Assembly (NCBI GenBank): GCA_963693365.1
Contig: CAVNZM010000002.1
Span: 1,924,149-1,988,148 of the forward strand
Direction: 5' to 3'
Origin: Amoebidium appalachense
Lineage: Eukaryota; Protista; Ichthyosporea
Length of the DNA: 64,000 nucleotides
The position numbers and the translations under genes are program-made. Shown here one piece after another: positions 26,546 to 40,367 of the stretch (the first letter of the stretch is position 1; every line of letters starts with the position of its first letter). A model generated the notes under the pieces. That model worked only from the letters and a program-made list of their open reading frames with translations, made no database searches and had not been told where the DNA came from.

Positions 26546-28620
26546 ATTATACCGGCCCGGGTACCATATCAGGAGCGGGCAATTTTTGAATTCTCCCTCC
26601 CCCGGCCCCGCCGGGGAAAATTTGAGGTTTTTGGACCTCAAAGAAGTCAAATCCTGCAAAATCCACTACCGGGAGGCCAAAAAGGGTGATTTTACAAAAA
26701 AGGAGGGACATACATGAAAAAGAGAAAATGGGCGAGTTCAGTGGGCTGCCGATAAGTATATTTCGTGCTGGGCCGGTATACATGCTGCCGTGGTTGTTGC
26801 TGTAGACGGCCTCTTGGTCACGCACATTCACCTGCACTAATCGTTGCCGACTGGCACGTGTCAGTTCAAGCATCAAAGGATGTGTGCCTCGATCGCATTC
26901 CTGGGTGCGGCCCAAACCAATCAAGTGCTAGCCCGCAGGTGCGTGCGGTTCAGCCCAAACATACGAGGCTCACGATCCACGATTCCCCGCGGATCGGACC
27001 CGAAATATCAGTGCAGTGTAGGACCGCACGCCGCATGGGCAACATTCCTGCAGAAGCAAAACACATTCCACAAAAAATCGGTGAAAATCGTCCATCGGCC
27101 GGCCCTACCAGTTCATAATGTAACCCGGTCGTCACTCGTAGGTACCTACTTTCCTATAGCGGGACTGGCAGTGTCACGCACAGCTTTAGGCTTTCCACTG
27201 TATCGACAGGATCTATCATAACCCAAGAACACCCGCATGCCCATGGACGCACCCGGACGTACCCTGACCCCGGCTGCATCCGGGCCCAGGAGCGTGGGCA
27301 AAGCATGAGATAGCCAATCATATGATAGATTGTTAAAACCATCAAGCGCTATGATTGGTTACCGCACGTCGATTGCATCGGCTAAGGAAGAGGAAAGCCC
27401 ATAAAACTGTGGAATGCCATGACGTCACACCTTCCAAAAGTTGACCTTACTTGCCCAGTGTCTGTGCACTCTGCTTCCCCGTGTACCCACACAAAACAAC
27501 AGGACGGGCCATGGTGATGGGGGACAGGCCGGGATGGGGCACTGGCAGGATGGGGCAGCGTTATAGGCATATCCAATGTATCAGACCGTATCAGACCGTA
27601 TCAGGCATATGGCCATATCAGGCATATAGGCATATCAGCCTTATATAGCATATAAGTCATATAGCCATATATAGCATATCAGCCTTATATAGCATATCAG
27701 TCATATCAGTCATATCAGCCTTATATAGCATATCAGCCAAATAGCCATATATAGCATATCAGCCTTATATAGCATATCAGCCTTATAGAATATCAGCCTT
27801 ATATAGCATATCAGGCATATAGCCGAAACAGCCATATAGCCATATATGGCATATCAGTTATATCAGGCATATAGGCATATCAGCCTTATGGGTTGTAGGG
27901 GAGATACGGGGCTGGGGATGGGTGCGAACGACGGCGGCGACCGAGACGAGTCGAACGGCGGGGTCAGGCCGGGCCAATACGGGGCCGGGCCGCCCGGAAT
28001 TGGCCCGACAACGACCCGATAGGGAAAATAATTACTCATCGCCGCATTATACGGTGCGCCGCCATCCAATCGCAATATCAGCGCAATCGAAAACAATTTA
28101 CCCTACTCATCCGTGATGCAAAACAATTTGTCCTACACGCGCGAAAAACATGAAAAGATCGAGTAGGGTAAATTAGATCCGATTCAGCGCGGCGCACCAT
28201 TCTGTAGCACCGACACTTTCCAATTCGCAATAACTCAAGTACTATAAACGCTAGAACAGCCTAATATTTACATTTGTGCTAGATTATATATTTTTACAAG
28301 TATTCAATGATAATATTAAGCATTTGACAGTGATTTTGCGTTGCAGAAATGTTCGGTTATGATAGAGTATTAGCGCTATATGCCATAGTAGGCCTGCCGC
28401 TATATGCAGACTGTTGTGTTAGAAATCTTTGCCCTACTGTATCTCCAGAATCCTAACCAAAAAACAGAAAGTTTAGATATATTTGGTTAGCTTTTGTTCA
28501 GTTAAGAGGAAAAAGTCGGCAGCATTCTATTCAGTGTTATAGCCTGTCTTGCTATAGCTAACCGCGTTAGAATTGAGGATCGATCGATCTGCCAAAGTCT
28601 TTCAGCGGCAAACAATGTCG

Positions 28621-28684
<64 letters not shown>

Positions 28685-28686
28685 CC

Positions 28687-28807
<121 letters not shown>

Positions 28808-29312
28808 AGACTATCTAGATCTCTCTCTCTGGATCTCTCTAGATTCTCTCTCTCTCTCTCTCTCTCGCTCTCTCTCGTCTCTCTCTCTCTCTCTCTCTCT
28901 CTCCGAGAGCTCTCTCTCTCTCTCTCTCCCCCCCCTTCTCTCCCCCCCCCCCCCTCCCCCCTCCCCCCCCCCTCTCTCCCCCTATCCCCTCCCTCTCTCT
29001 GTCTCTCTCCGAGTCAGGCTCCGACAGCCTCTCAGTGAGTCGTGGCGGTGCCTAGGCCTGTACATGTGCCAGTTGCGACTGCGAGAGCAAATAAAATTTT
29101 ATTTGTCTCGGTTGGCCAATCAAAGCACCCCGAACCCATGTGCCTCAGAGCCAATCACGTTTCCGGCAGCTCGGCCGAAGTTTTTGCAGACGAATATAAA
29201 TACAAAAAAAAACGACAGAAAGGAAAAACAACAGAAAAAAAAGAAAAGAAGTGTTTCACAACTAACCTTTTCCGAATTTACCCGCTGGCTTGCGCATGCC
29301 GAGGTAGAGAAA

Positions 29313-30114
29313 ATGAATATGTCGTCCCTACCGGTCAAACAAGTATTCTTTTTGGTTTTTCTGGCATGGGTTTTGTCTCCCCCCCAATTCCACGAGGGCA
29401 TGCCGTGGCAAGGGGTTGTTTTTGAAAGGGTGACGACGGGTTTGTTTTTCCTAACCAGGCTTGTAAAACCACCATTTACCAACGACAACGGGGCGAGTTT
29501 CTTTCGAGCGGGTATTGCATTAACGCCAAAGGATATTTCTCCGCTGGCCCAAGAGCTCTTGGTAGGTTCTCTAAAGGCGCCCACCTTCACGTTGGGATTT
29601 TGGCTTTCTAGAGAAGGTGCTTGGGAGGAGAGGAGCAAAGAAAGGGAAAGGATAAGTCGAGGTCAACAGAGAGAGAGAAAAAGGGGAGGGTGACAATGGA
29701 AGAAGTTGGGAACTGAGGAGGCAAGGCAGGGAGATCTAGTGAAGATGAGGGGGGATGTTGATTTTTTTGCGGACTGAAGGGTGTTCGTAAAGAGAGAAGT
29801 CAAAGAATGAAAAACAGAGACGAGATTAGGAAAGGGGAAGGGGGAATAATGGAGAGTGGGGAGAAATATGAAAGGAGCCACAGTTTGATTGGAAAAGAAT
29901 GGAGGATGGTTGGGAAAACGGGGAAGAAGATGGGTAGCATGTTCTGGCTTTCCATGTTCCCATACTCTCAGACTTCTCCCCCCCCCCCCCCCCCCCCCAA
30001 ACCCACCCTCCCCCTCTCGCCCCCACACACACACACACACACACCGTGGCACAAACACACACGCTCAGACCGTGGCACACACACACACACACTAACACTA
30101 ACACTTGCACAAGT

Positions 30115-30160
<46 letters not shown>

Positions 30161-30260
30161 CACTTACACAAGTGTTCACAAGCACACACACACACACACA
30201 CACACAAATACACATGTCACCATGTCACTTCCCCCTACCCTCCTTCCTCCACCCCTCTTC

Positions 30261-30336
<76 letters not shown>

Positions 30337-30453
30337 TACACATACACCCTCCCTCCACAACTGTTCCTTTCCCCAACCCCCCTCCCTCCACCCCTCTTCA
30401 AGGCGCACACATGCACACACACACGTACACCCACACCCACACACCCACACCCA

Positions 30454-30495
<42 letters not shown>

Positions 30496-31012
30496 CCCAC
30501 CCACGCACAAAACACACACACACACACACACGTGCGCGCACACGGGCGTGCACGCACGCACACGCACACAAATGCACTACACCCCCCCCCCCCCCCCCCC
30601 CCAAACTCCCCATCTTCTATCTGTCTGAGAGAGGGAGTAAGAACGAGAGAGAGGTGGGGTTAAAGGGTTGAAGGGGTGGGGGGAAGGGGGTGGGGTGGGG
30701 GGGGGGGGGTGCGGGGGGTAGGAAAGAGGCAGTAGGGGGTTGGAGGGGGGGCCAGGGGAATGGGAGGGGGGCTGGGGGCCGCCGCCGGGAGGGGAGGGAG
30801 GGGGGGAGAGGGGGCGGGTGGGGGGAGGGACCTGGGTGACTTTTGTTGTGGCCTTCTTGTGGCTGAAGGGTGGTATGCATTCTTTTGCATTTCCCACATT
30901 TGGGGTTTGCGGTGTGCTTGTGTTGCACATTCCCTCTTGCTCCCGCAACCCTTCCCACCATATTCCACGTTTTCCATTTACATTTTCTCTCGCTCTGTTG
31001 CTCAATTCTCTG

Positions 31013-31072
<60 letters not shown>

Positions 31073-32461
31073 CTCTCTCTCTCCCCTCTCTCCCCACCCC
31101 CTTCCCGAGCCCCTCTTCCCTTCTCTCTTTTCCCCATTCCCTTCCTCCGCCTCCCTCCACCCACCCCCTCCCTATCCCCCGTCTTCCTCTCTTCATCCAT
31201 CTTTCCTTCCCTTCCCCCCCCCCCCCCTTCCTTCCCTCGTTCCTGCTGTTTTATCCATCCCCCAGCCTTCTGATTGTATTTCTGCACTCTCCCCCCCCCC
31301 CCCCCCTCTCCCCATCTCTTTGGTTTCCTTCCCTTTCACATTAAACCACCCCCTCCCTCCCCCCTCCCTCTCCCCATTTCTTTGGTTCCCTTCCGTTTCA
31401 CATTAAAACCAACCCCCCCCCCCCCCCCCCTCTCCCTTTCCTAATCTCTTTAGTTTCCTTCCTTTTCACATAAAACTAACCCCCCCCCCCCCCCCCCCCC
31501 CCTCCCGTTCCCCATCTCTTTGGTTCTCTTACCTTTCACATTACCTCCCCCCCCCCCCCCCCCCCCCTCCCCTCCCCCCCCCCGCCCCTGCCCCCTCCCC
31601 TCTCTCCCCCCCCCCCTCCCTCCCCCCCCTCCCTCCCCCCCCTCCCTCTGCAGATACAAGACACAACCATGGGGTCGGACAACGTGCCAGTGCGTATCTA
31701 CACCCCCCAAAACCCCAAATTTCGGGGAAAACAAGGAAAAGCCTGGCGTTTTCATATTTATCCACGGTGGTGGGTGGGCCATATATAACATAGACTCACA
31801 TGAAGCCATTACCGTCCATATAGCTGCAAAATCCGGATACACTGTAATTTCAATCGAATATCCCCTGGCACCCGAACACCGGTATCCGGCGGCGCCCAAC
31901 GCGTGCGAGAGCGTGGTGAGATATGTCATGGAAAATCATGAGAAATTGAACATTGACAAGAACAGGATAGTCGTGGGTGGAGATAGCGCGGGCGGAAATT
32001 TGGCCGCGGTGATGGCGCTTAAACTTCGCGACACGCCTTTAACCAACGACGTTAAACTGCGCGCGCAAGTGCTCATTTATCCGGCGGTCGACGTAAACTT
32101 GCTGACGGAAACCGCTAGAAAATACGGGCCAAGCACGCTCCTTTCCCCGCAACTCTTGTGGTGGTTCTGGAACCACTACCTCCCTCTGAACCACACCGGC
32201 ATTGACCCTTACATCACCCCCCTTCGCGCACAGTCGCTGGCACACCTTCCCGAAACGTACATGGCCGTGTGTGAGTATGACCTGTTGCGGAGCGAGGACG
32301 AGGCGTACAGTCGCAGGTTGGGGGAGGAGGGGGTGAAGGTGGAGCACAGGTTGATGAAAGGGTGCTACCATGGTATGATACAAGTGATTGAAGGACCGGC
32401 CAAGATTGAGATTGCTGTGAGGGAGCTTGAGAGGATCATTCAGTGGGTTAAGGGGTTGTAG
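29313..32461 (+). CDS. AADAC/NCEH1-like carboxylesterase, second copy; exons 29313-29561 and 31654-32461; +1 C frameshift at ~31705
   Basis: Exon 1 is 249 nt with a phase-0 join SPLAQELL|[18 protein letters not shown]; HGGG and GDSAGG motifs. Confidence 0.85.
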
Positions 32462-32659
32462 GGTGTGTGAAGTGGACATGTGTGCATGTAGATACGATAG
32501 GGAGATGTGTATGCATACATGTACTTAGGCACCTGCGTGTGTGTGTGTGTTAACAAATTTTGATGGAGGTAAGAGCAAAATACAAACAACCAATCAGGCC
32601 ATACCAAACCGCATACCTGAAAATTCGAAGTAAGCGCTGTTGTAACACCGTTCAATGTA

Positions 32660-32703
<44 letters not shown>

Positions 32704-33049
32704 TGTTCGAACTTATGGCGTAATCTGTAATGAATGAGCTGTAATGAATTCCCAGGGGGAGGGACTGGGATAAATTCGAAAAATGATAAACGACCATACC
32801 GTATGATGTACTTTAATGTCGTAACACCTAGGTGCTACTAAAGTGCTCAAATAGGTAGCTCAACCGGCCCCGGCCGACTAGAGAAATTGGCACGGTGAGG
32901 GACTGTGTCTCACCAAGGTAGAAAATTAAAAAAATCAAAAATACTTTGATGTCGTAAAGCGGATGCCCAAATCCATTATGTGTGTGTGTGTGCGACACCA
33001 CACACACACACACAGGCAAAGATGCACACACACACACACCGGCACAACC

Positions 33050-33085
<36 letters not shown>

Positions 33086-33105
33086 ACACACACACACACA
33101 CACAT

Positions 33106-33136
<31 letters not shown>

Positions 33137-33302
33137 AGCACACAAACACACAAACACACACACACACACAAACACAAACACAGACAGACACGAGGCGCAC
33201 GCATGCACGCACACACACACGCACACACACACACACGTGGCACACGGTGCGTGCACACATACACACACACACACTCGTGACACACACACACACACACGAA
33301 CA

Positions 33303-33357
<55 letters not shown>

Positions 33358-33675
33358 GCACACGCGCACACACACATGCACACGTGTACACACATGTGAC
33401 ACGGCACACCCAGACGCGCACACATATTCACGTGGCACATGAGCCGTATATACACACACACACAAACCCACACACACACGGTGTCAGTGTGTGTGTGTGT
33501 GCGTATGGTTTGTTGGTCTGGCCGCACACGCGAGCATGTGTGTGTGTGTCTGTGTCAACGTGTTTGTGTGTCTGTATGTGTGTGTGTGTCACATGGTGTG
33601 TGTGTGTGTGTGTGTTTGTGAATGCATGTATGTTTGAGTGTGTGAGTGTGTGTGGTTGCCCTCTCTCTCTCTCTC

Positions 33676-33740
<65 letters not shown>

Positions 33741-34588
33741 TGGGTGGGTGGGTGTGTCACAGTGTGTGTCTGTGGGTGTGTGGGTGGGTGTGTGGGTGTG
33801 TGTTTGTGTGTGCTGTGTGCTGTGTGTTTGTGTGTGTGGTGTGTGTGTGTGTGTGTGTTGGTGTATGGCGGTTGATTTGTACAAAAGATGAAAAAGATAT
33901 CTCTATGAAAAACTACTCCGGGACGTGTGTTGCCTCTAGGGGGACATCCCCTTGGACGAAAGTGAACCTGCAATGGTTGTAAACCACGGCAAGCCCCCAG
34001 TCATCAATTTATTGATCCGTGAGGTCCATGTGCCCAAAAAACGGGGGAAGGCTTCGCCCCGTGAAAAAACAGCACGTATGTGTGGATCAATGGGGGTTGT
34101 GTGTGGGTGTAGGTGGGTGGGTGAAAAGGAATATATAGCTGTAAGGCTGTGGATGCTAAACACAGAAGATGTGTTTGTAGCTTGCTGATCTGCTAAAAAA
34201 CTGTCGTGCTTATATACCTAAGCCTACCGATCTGAACCAATCAAAATCGATCTAGTGATATGTGAAATCTGATCCGAGCCAATCATAACTCGGTCTAGTG
34301 ATCTGTGGTATCTGATGTTTTGACTGGCTAATAGGTGCCCGTGTGCGGGCAGCCAACCGCTAACTGCTAAAACACGAAATGAAGCCTACATGGTTATGTT
34401 GGTATCGAACACCCATCCTACGTGTTTACCCAGAAAAATATTTATGTCAATAATTTCCACAAATAAAACCTCTATGAAAAACTACTCCGGGACGTGTGTT
34501 GCCTCTAGGGGGACATCCCCTTGGACGAAAGTGAACCTGCAATGGTTGTAAACCACGGCACGAGAGCAGTATGCTTGCTCCAAAGGTT

Positions 34589-35788
34589 TCACTTAAGAAT
34601 AGAGGCGAATACACGTGTGGTGGTGGCAGCAATGGAGGCCGGACGAATTCGGGTATAGATCAGGAAGCAGTCGGAGGACCACCGGCCGAGTTGTTTGATC
34701 CGGGAGTCGTCGACCCCGGCCTCAGCCAGTGCTGTGGCCCCCCCGATGCGGAGGCTGTGTCCGGCAAACCGGGAGGGTGAGAGGCCTGCCCGGGAGAGGA
34801 GGGCACGGAAATCGGCAGAGAAAGCACTCTTGGTGTAGGGGATGCCACCGAGACTGAAGAGGGGGTCGTCGGGTTGACCGGACGTTGTATCCAGGAACTG
34901 CCGGAGGAGATGGGCTGGGGAGAAGTGGGTGAGGGGCAGGGCAGCTAGGGTGACGTTGACACCTCGGGCCTGTACATCCGTCTTAGAGGTTGGCAGGTGG
35001 AGGGTGGCATGGGACAAAGTACCGGTGGGGGTGTAGCTGAAGGTCACGTCCTTCCGTTTAACGTGACGGGACGGGTCGAAAGAAGTCAGGGTCTTGGAGG
35101 TAAATTCCCCTGAACGGAGGAGACCACAGAAACCGACGATGAGGGCCGTCCATAGCCGGAGATTGGCCGAGGAGGCCTTGGTGGGGCACTGGCCGTGGAG
35201 TAGGTGGAGGTGGGAGGGGAGGAGGGGTTCCCTGGTGGATGAGCGGGGTCGGATGTTGTGAGAAAGCTGCCATCGGCCTACCCCCCGTAGGAACCAGGCC
35301 AGAGACTTGTCGTGGGGGTAGGGAGCAGGGAGGCCCATGTCGAGGTGGAGCCTGGTGATGGCCGAATTGTAGCCGGTTAAGGAAGAAGCCTGTACCCCTC
35401 GTTGGGCACACCAGGCGAGAAAAAGTTGCACGGTGTGTGGGGAGGCCGGGAGGGAGGACCCGGAGGAGGATTGCAGCCGAGATGCCACACAGAAATCGAT
35501 GAACACTTTTTGCACCCGGGAGTAAAAGGCCCGAGAGTCGAGGTTGAGACTCAGGGCCTGGCATTCCTGCAGGGTAGTGGTGGCTCGAAGCAGCTCGGCC
35601 GGAGCAAAGTGGGGGGCCAATCTGCCAGTGTTGCTCCGGAACGGGAGATCTGGGGGGGGGGGGGGGGGGGGGTTAGCCCAAGGGAAGGGATAGGAACTCG
35701 TGGACCCAGGAGGGGAAGGGGCAGGGCTCCGGTTGCAGGGAAGGTCGGAGTCGTCGGGCCCGGGGAAGTTGGTTACGAGAAATGGCAT
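34589..35788 (-). CDS. Tyrosine recombinase (ORF3)
   Basis: LLRSGEF (R), SKTD (K), HSLRIGGAT (HxxR), GRW, FLIY (Y); overlaps the RNaseH end. Confidence 0.93.
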   Translation of the reverse strand: MPFLVTNFPGPDDSDLPCNRSPAPSPPGSTSSYPFPWANPPPPPPPDLPFRSNTGRLAPHFAPAELLRATTTLQECQALSLNLDSRAFYSRVQKVFIDFCVASRLQSSSGSSLPASPHTVQLFLAWCAQRGVQASSLTGYNSAITRLHLDMGLPAPYPHDKSLAWFLRGVGRWQLSHNIRPRSSTREPLLPSHLHLLHGQCPTKASSANLRLWTALIVGFCGLLRSGEFTSKTLTSFDPSRHVKRKDVTFSYTPTGTLSHATLHLPTSKTDVQARGVNVTLAALPLTHFSPAHLLRQFLDTTSGQPDDPLFSLGGIPYTKSAFSADFRALLSRAGLSPSRFAGHSLRIGGATALAEAGVDDSRIKQLGRWSSDCFLIYTRIRPASIAATTTRVFASILK

Positions 35789-37356
35789 CGGCCAGATGTT
35801 TGAGGGGTCCTGGTAGGTAGGATGCCTGTAACGTAAATTGGTATTGCATTTCCATGCGGGTGATGAACCGAATAAGTTTGGCCATCACGGGGTGGGGGGA
35901 AGACCGGGAGTGCAGGTCAGACACAGCACCCGTGTTGTCGCATAAAATACGGACATGGTGGGTGGACCAGGAGGGGGCCCAGAGGGCCACGGCGGCTGCG
36001 ATGGCCAGGAGTTCGATGACGGAAGAACCGAGTTTACCCTCATGAGCATAGAGGGCTTGGGTGGAGGGGGACCAGGGCATGAAGAACCATTGGTCGAGCC
36101 AGTGGCCACCTAGACCCACCGATCCGGCAGCATCAGTGGCCAGGGTGGTGTATGTGGGGGGTGTGATGAGGTGCACCCCATTCCATGATGTGAGGAACTG
36201 GTGCCATTCGGCTATGTCGGCCCGGGCGGCAGCAGTCAGTCGTATGTGGTGGTGGCCGGCAAGGTGTGGGTGGGTCCGGAGAAGGGCCCATAGGCGCTGG
36301 GAGAAGGCCCTCCCGGGGGGAACCAGCTGGGCACACCAGGTGAGTTTGCCGAGGAGGGACTGGAGGTCCCGAATGGTGATGGTGGGCTTTGGGTGGGAAG
36401 TGAGGTCGAGTAGGTCCGAGAGCTTGGAAGCCGGGATTCGTGCCTCCATGGCGATGGAGTCGAATTCGATACCGATGAAGACGACACGGGTAGCCGGGCC
36501 CTGCATCTTGTCTTCGGAGATGGCAATGTGCAGCTCTCGGCAGAGTTGCAGAAAGGTGGATAGGTGACGTTGGCACTGCTGTTGTGTGGGGGCGACTATA
36601 ATCCAGTCGTCTACGTAGTGGCGGATGAGGGTAATACCGTGCTGGTGTGCCAGCCACTGTAGGGTGGCCGCGATCCGTTCCCAGATGGCTGGGCTAGATT
36701 TCAGGCCGAAGGGCAGTCTGGTTTCAACGTAAAAATGCCCTTGCCATTTGAATGCCATTAAGTGGTGGTCTTCCGGTCGGATGGGCATGTGCCGGAAGGC
36801 AGCCTGCACATCTGCCACGGCCATGTAGCAGCCGGGGCCTGCGTCGAGAATGAGTTGGGTGACATCCCGGGCGCGAATGTACCGAAGTTCGTCGGGGTAG
36901 GTGATGCTGTCATTGACACTGCTACCCCGGGGCCAGGAGAGGTGGTGGATTCGACGGTACTTGGGGGGGTTCCCTTTCTTGGTAACGGCGCCGATGGGGG
37001 AGGAACGGTGGACGGGAAATTCGTCAAAGAATTGGGCCGGGGAGAGGGGGCCGCGCAGGTGGCCGAGGGCGACTTCTTTGGCAATATCCACCGTGATAGC
37101 GGCAGCTGCCTCCGGGGTGGTGGGTAGGTTGGGGCCCACCCGAGAGGTGGAGGGGCCGCGATAGCCGATGTCGACGCCGAATTCGACATCGTGGAGGAGT
37201 TGTGCGGCGAATGGTTGGTCCGGGTAGGAGGCCAGCAGTTCCCGGAGGCGGGAGGTGTCAATGTGGTGCTGGGACAGCGGGCGGGCCTCCGGGTCTGAGC
37301 CTCGGGGGAAGGGGTGGTTAGCAAGGGTGGTGTACCCTTGGGGAGATCCCGGCAGT

Positions 37357-37400
<44 letters not shown>

Positions 37401-37495
37401 CAGGGCCCCGGGGGGTTAGAGTAGGGCAGCTTGGCCCAAGTGAGGGTTGGCAGGGAGGGCAGCGGGGCCCTGTGCAGGGGAATGTGCCCGAGCAC
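35673..37495 (-). CDS. DIRS/Ngaro RT-RNaseH (ORF2); frame break in the homopolymer at ~37357-37397
   Basis: RRIHHLSWP.G.SVND, LPFGLKSSP, YVDD, TDAAG, ELLA, CDN, ADAISR. Confidence 0.9.
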
Positions 37496-37794
37496 GCGGG
37501 GGTGTGGGCGGACACAGCGGTAGAAGAAGGGGGGGGGAGGGAGTGCTAGGTGAGTGTAAGGGGGGGGGGAGGCTCGTGGGATGGGGGGGGGGGGAGTAAA
37601 ATTATGTGCAGTGGCCAGAATAAACGTCTTTGTATAGGGACATTTATTCTTGACGCGCGCGGGCGCCGTAGTTGGCCTGCGAAATTTTGTACTCAGCCCT
37701 ATTGGCCCGTTCTCCCGAGCTCCGTTTCCCTGTACTCGTGTGTCCTAGCTCCGAACCCCTATGTTCTAGCTGTGTGTGTGGGTGTGCGCGTAGA

Positions 37795-38964
37795 CTAGGC
37801 ATTGTGCTTGCAGTCTTTGCGGGGGTGTGTGCCAGAGCAGAGCGGGCACACGTGGGAGAAGGGGCAGGGCTGCTTAGCGCAGGACCGACCGTTAATGTGG
37901 AAATTCCTGCAGTGCGTCGCGGGTAGATCCACGGGTCGGGCCGGTTTGGCCGGGCCGGGTTGCGGGCCAGGGCGGTTAGGGGTGTGACCCCCGCCGGGCT
38001 TGTGGGGCGGCTTAAAGCCGTCAAGACCACAGCCGGGCTTGGGGTACATGGGGCAGGCCGCGCTGGGGTGGTCGGGGAAGCCACAGCGCTGACATGCGTC
38101 CTGGATGAGCAGGGTGGGTGGCAGGAGGAGATCCTGGTGGAGTTGGGCGAGCAGGTTGGGGCACTCGATCGGAGCCCGACCCTGCTGGTGGGCCACGGTG
38201 CGGGCGTATACGTCATAGTTGTGGATCTGGGCCCACGGGTATCGGGTGCTGAGGCGAGTGATGTGCTGAGTCCAAAGTACGTCTTTGTCCGTGGGAAGGC
38301 CGAGGTGGTGCTTGGCGGCCATGTAATGGGTCCAAGCTTGGATCCAAATGACGAGTGAACGCAGGGGAACGGGTTTGTCTTGGCGAAAAGTCTCGATGCT
38401 GCCGTCGTCGGCCATGCGCAGATGCTGACCTTTCTTGGATGGGGCCAGGAGGGCGGCGGGGGTGAACTTATACAGGTCGACGAAACGATTGGCGCGCAAA
38501 TCTGCCAGCACATCCGCGGGGGGAAGCGGGAGTGTGCCCGGCTGAATGTCGCCAGTGTTCTCACCTGTGATGGGGGGCGCGGGCAGGGCAGGCAGGTCAA
38601 GGTCAGGGCCGAGATGCAGCCCCGGGGAAACCTCCCCGGGTGTGGAGGGCGCGGCGGGGGGCGCGGGAGGGTCGCGGTTGGTGAGAGCAGCCAGGACGCC
38701 AGCCATCTGGGTGCTGATGGCGGTGAGGGCGGCCAGGACGGCGTCTTGAGAAGTCATCTGCGGGGACGGCGGGGCCTGAGGGGGGACTTCAGGGGTGGAG
38801 GGGAGAGTAGCCGGCGGGTCCGGGTCCGTGGTGGTATGGGCCGCTGGAGGCGCGTCAGTGTCCGCGGGAGCGTTGGTCAGCCTGTGGCGGAGGTCGCTGC
38901 GGGTCAGGCGCTTAGGTGCCGCGGCAGGGGCGGCGGCTGAGGCCTGGCGCTTTTTCGGCGGCAT
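37795..38964 (-). CDS. Ngaro Gag-like ORF1
   Basis: CQRCGFPDHPSAAC knuckle and CRNFH...C...C...HVCPLCSGTH...C fingers. Confidence 0.85.
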   Translation of the reverse strand: MPPKKRQASAAAPAAAPKRLTRSDLRHRLTNAPADTDAPPAAHTTTDPDPPATLPSTPEVPPQAPPSPQMTSQDAVLAALTAISTQMAGVLAALTNRDPPAPPAAPSTPGEVSPGLHLGPDLDLPALPAPPITGENTGDIQPGTLPLPPADVLADLRANRFVDLYKFTPAALLAPSKKGQHLRMADDGSIETFRQDKPVPLRSLVIWIQAWTHYMAAKHHLGLPTDKDVLWTQHITRLSTRYPWAQIHNYDVYARTVAHQQGRAPIECPNLLAQLHQDLLLPPTLLIQDACQRCGFPDHPSAACPMYPKPGCGLDGFKPPHKPGGGHTPNRPGPQPGPAKPARPVDLPATHCRNFHINGRSCAKQPCPFSHVCPLCSGTHPRKDCKHNA

Positions 38965-40367
38965 GCTGACCGGCGTAGGGAGAGATAGGGAGAATGAAAA
39001 GGAGTGAAAAGGAATATATAGCTGTAAGGCTGTGGATGCTAAACACAGAAGATGTGTTTGTAGCTTGCTGATCTGCTAAAAAACTGTCGTGCTTATATAC
39101 CTAAGCCTACCGATCTGAACCAATCAAAATCGATCTAGTGATATGTGAAATCTGATCCGAGCCAATCATAACTCGGTCTAGTGATCTGTGGTATCTGATG
39201 TTTTGACTGGCTAATAGGTGCCCGTGTGCGGGCAGCCAACCGCTAACTGCTAAAACACGAAATGAAGCCTACATGGTTATGTTGGTATCGAACACCCATC
39301 CTACGTGTTTACCCAGAAAAATATTTATGTCAATAATTTCCACAAATAAAACCCATACGCTCTCGATAGAGCTCAAGTGTGTCGCACACACGTTGTTTGC
39401 ATTTTTGCTACCAAAAATGGTGCGCAGTTCGATTCTGTGTGTGACACAGGGACGCACGAATGGGCGTTTATGTCCACCACACATTTTTGGGTCAGCGGTG
39501 AAATGGGATCGGTAGCCAATCAACTGAGAGAGCCAATTACATGGCTGCATGTCCCTAATTGGTTCGCATGCCCAACCAATGGCAGAGAGCCCTGTGAGCA
39601 CCGGTACATTCGGATCTACATAATATAATAGCGTATAATAAAATTAGTCCAAAAACAAAAAAAGGTTTTCTTTGTCACAACGTAGCCACGAACAAAAAAG
39701 AATGCACTACTGGAGTGCCTTTCACTTATAACAACCAACCCTGCAATACGTATTCAATGACATTGGCGATGATGGTAACTTCCACGTATATGCCATGTAC
39801 TGTCCGCCGATGCCAAACTCATTCGTGATTTATGAATAGGCTAGTAGTCATGATCGATGGCTTAGTGAGTCGATTGCTCCAACCTTCATTTCAGCACAAA
39901 GAAAGTGAATTATATACCTAATAAAATCTTACCAACCTCATTGCGAGCGCGTTCGTGAAACGCAGTGGTTAAGAAAAAAACTTGAACGAAGATACTTTGT
40001 ACAGTTCTGATATTTACGGAATTTTAGTTGGCCATGGATCATGCGAGCATTTTATCCTGTACCCAATTACAATTCCCCCATGCCTATGTAACCTATATGC
40101 ATGGCCAACTCTGAAATCCATCGCCACTGTGACGACACTGTCTCTGTCACAGACCCTAACAGACTTCTAAAGACTTCTGTGTTAGACACGTACAATATAC
40201 GTAGAATAACAAAATGGCAGCAGCCGCGGCCGGTCAGCCTGGCCACATTCCTTTAAGGTCATATTTGTTATTGCAAGAAGTACCGGCCATCAAACAAGTG
40301 GACGTTGCGATACATGGTGGAAGTTATGATTGCCAGGATTGCAGAACTACCTATACTGGAGGAGAGG

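Larger units (their letters stand above)
33902..39353 (-). mobile_element. Ngaro/PAT-like tyrosine-recombinase retrotransposon, copy 1
   Basis: A1-ORFs-B1A2-spacer-B2 split direct repeats; ends GGTTTTATT...TTCATAGA; no TSD; empty site GCGTATG|GATATC at ~12288. Confidence 0.93.

Noticed and set aside
34589-35788. Phage integrase / prophage
   Set aside because: The recombinase is ORF3 of a eukaryotic YR retrotransposon with gag, RT-RNaseH and split repeats
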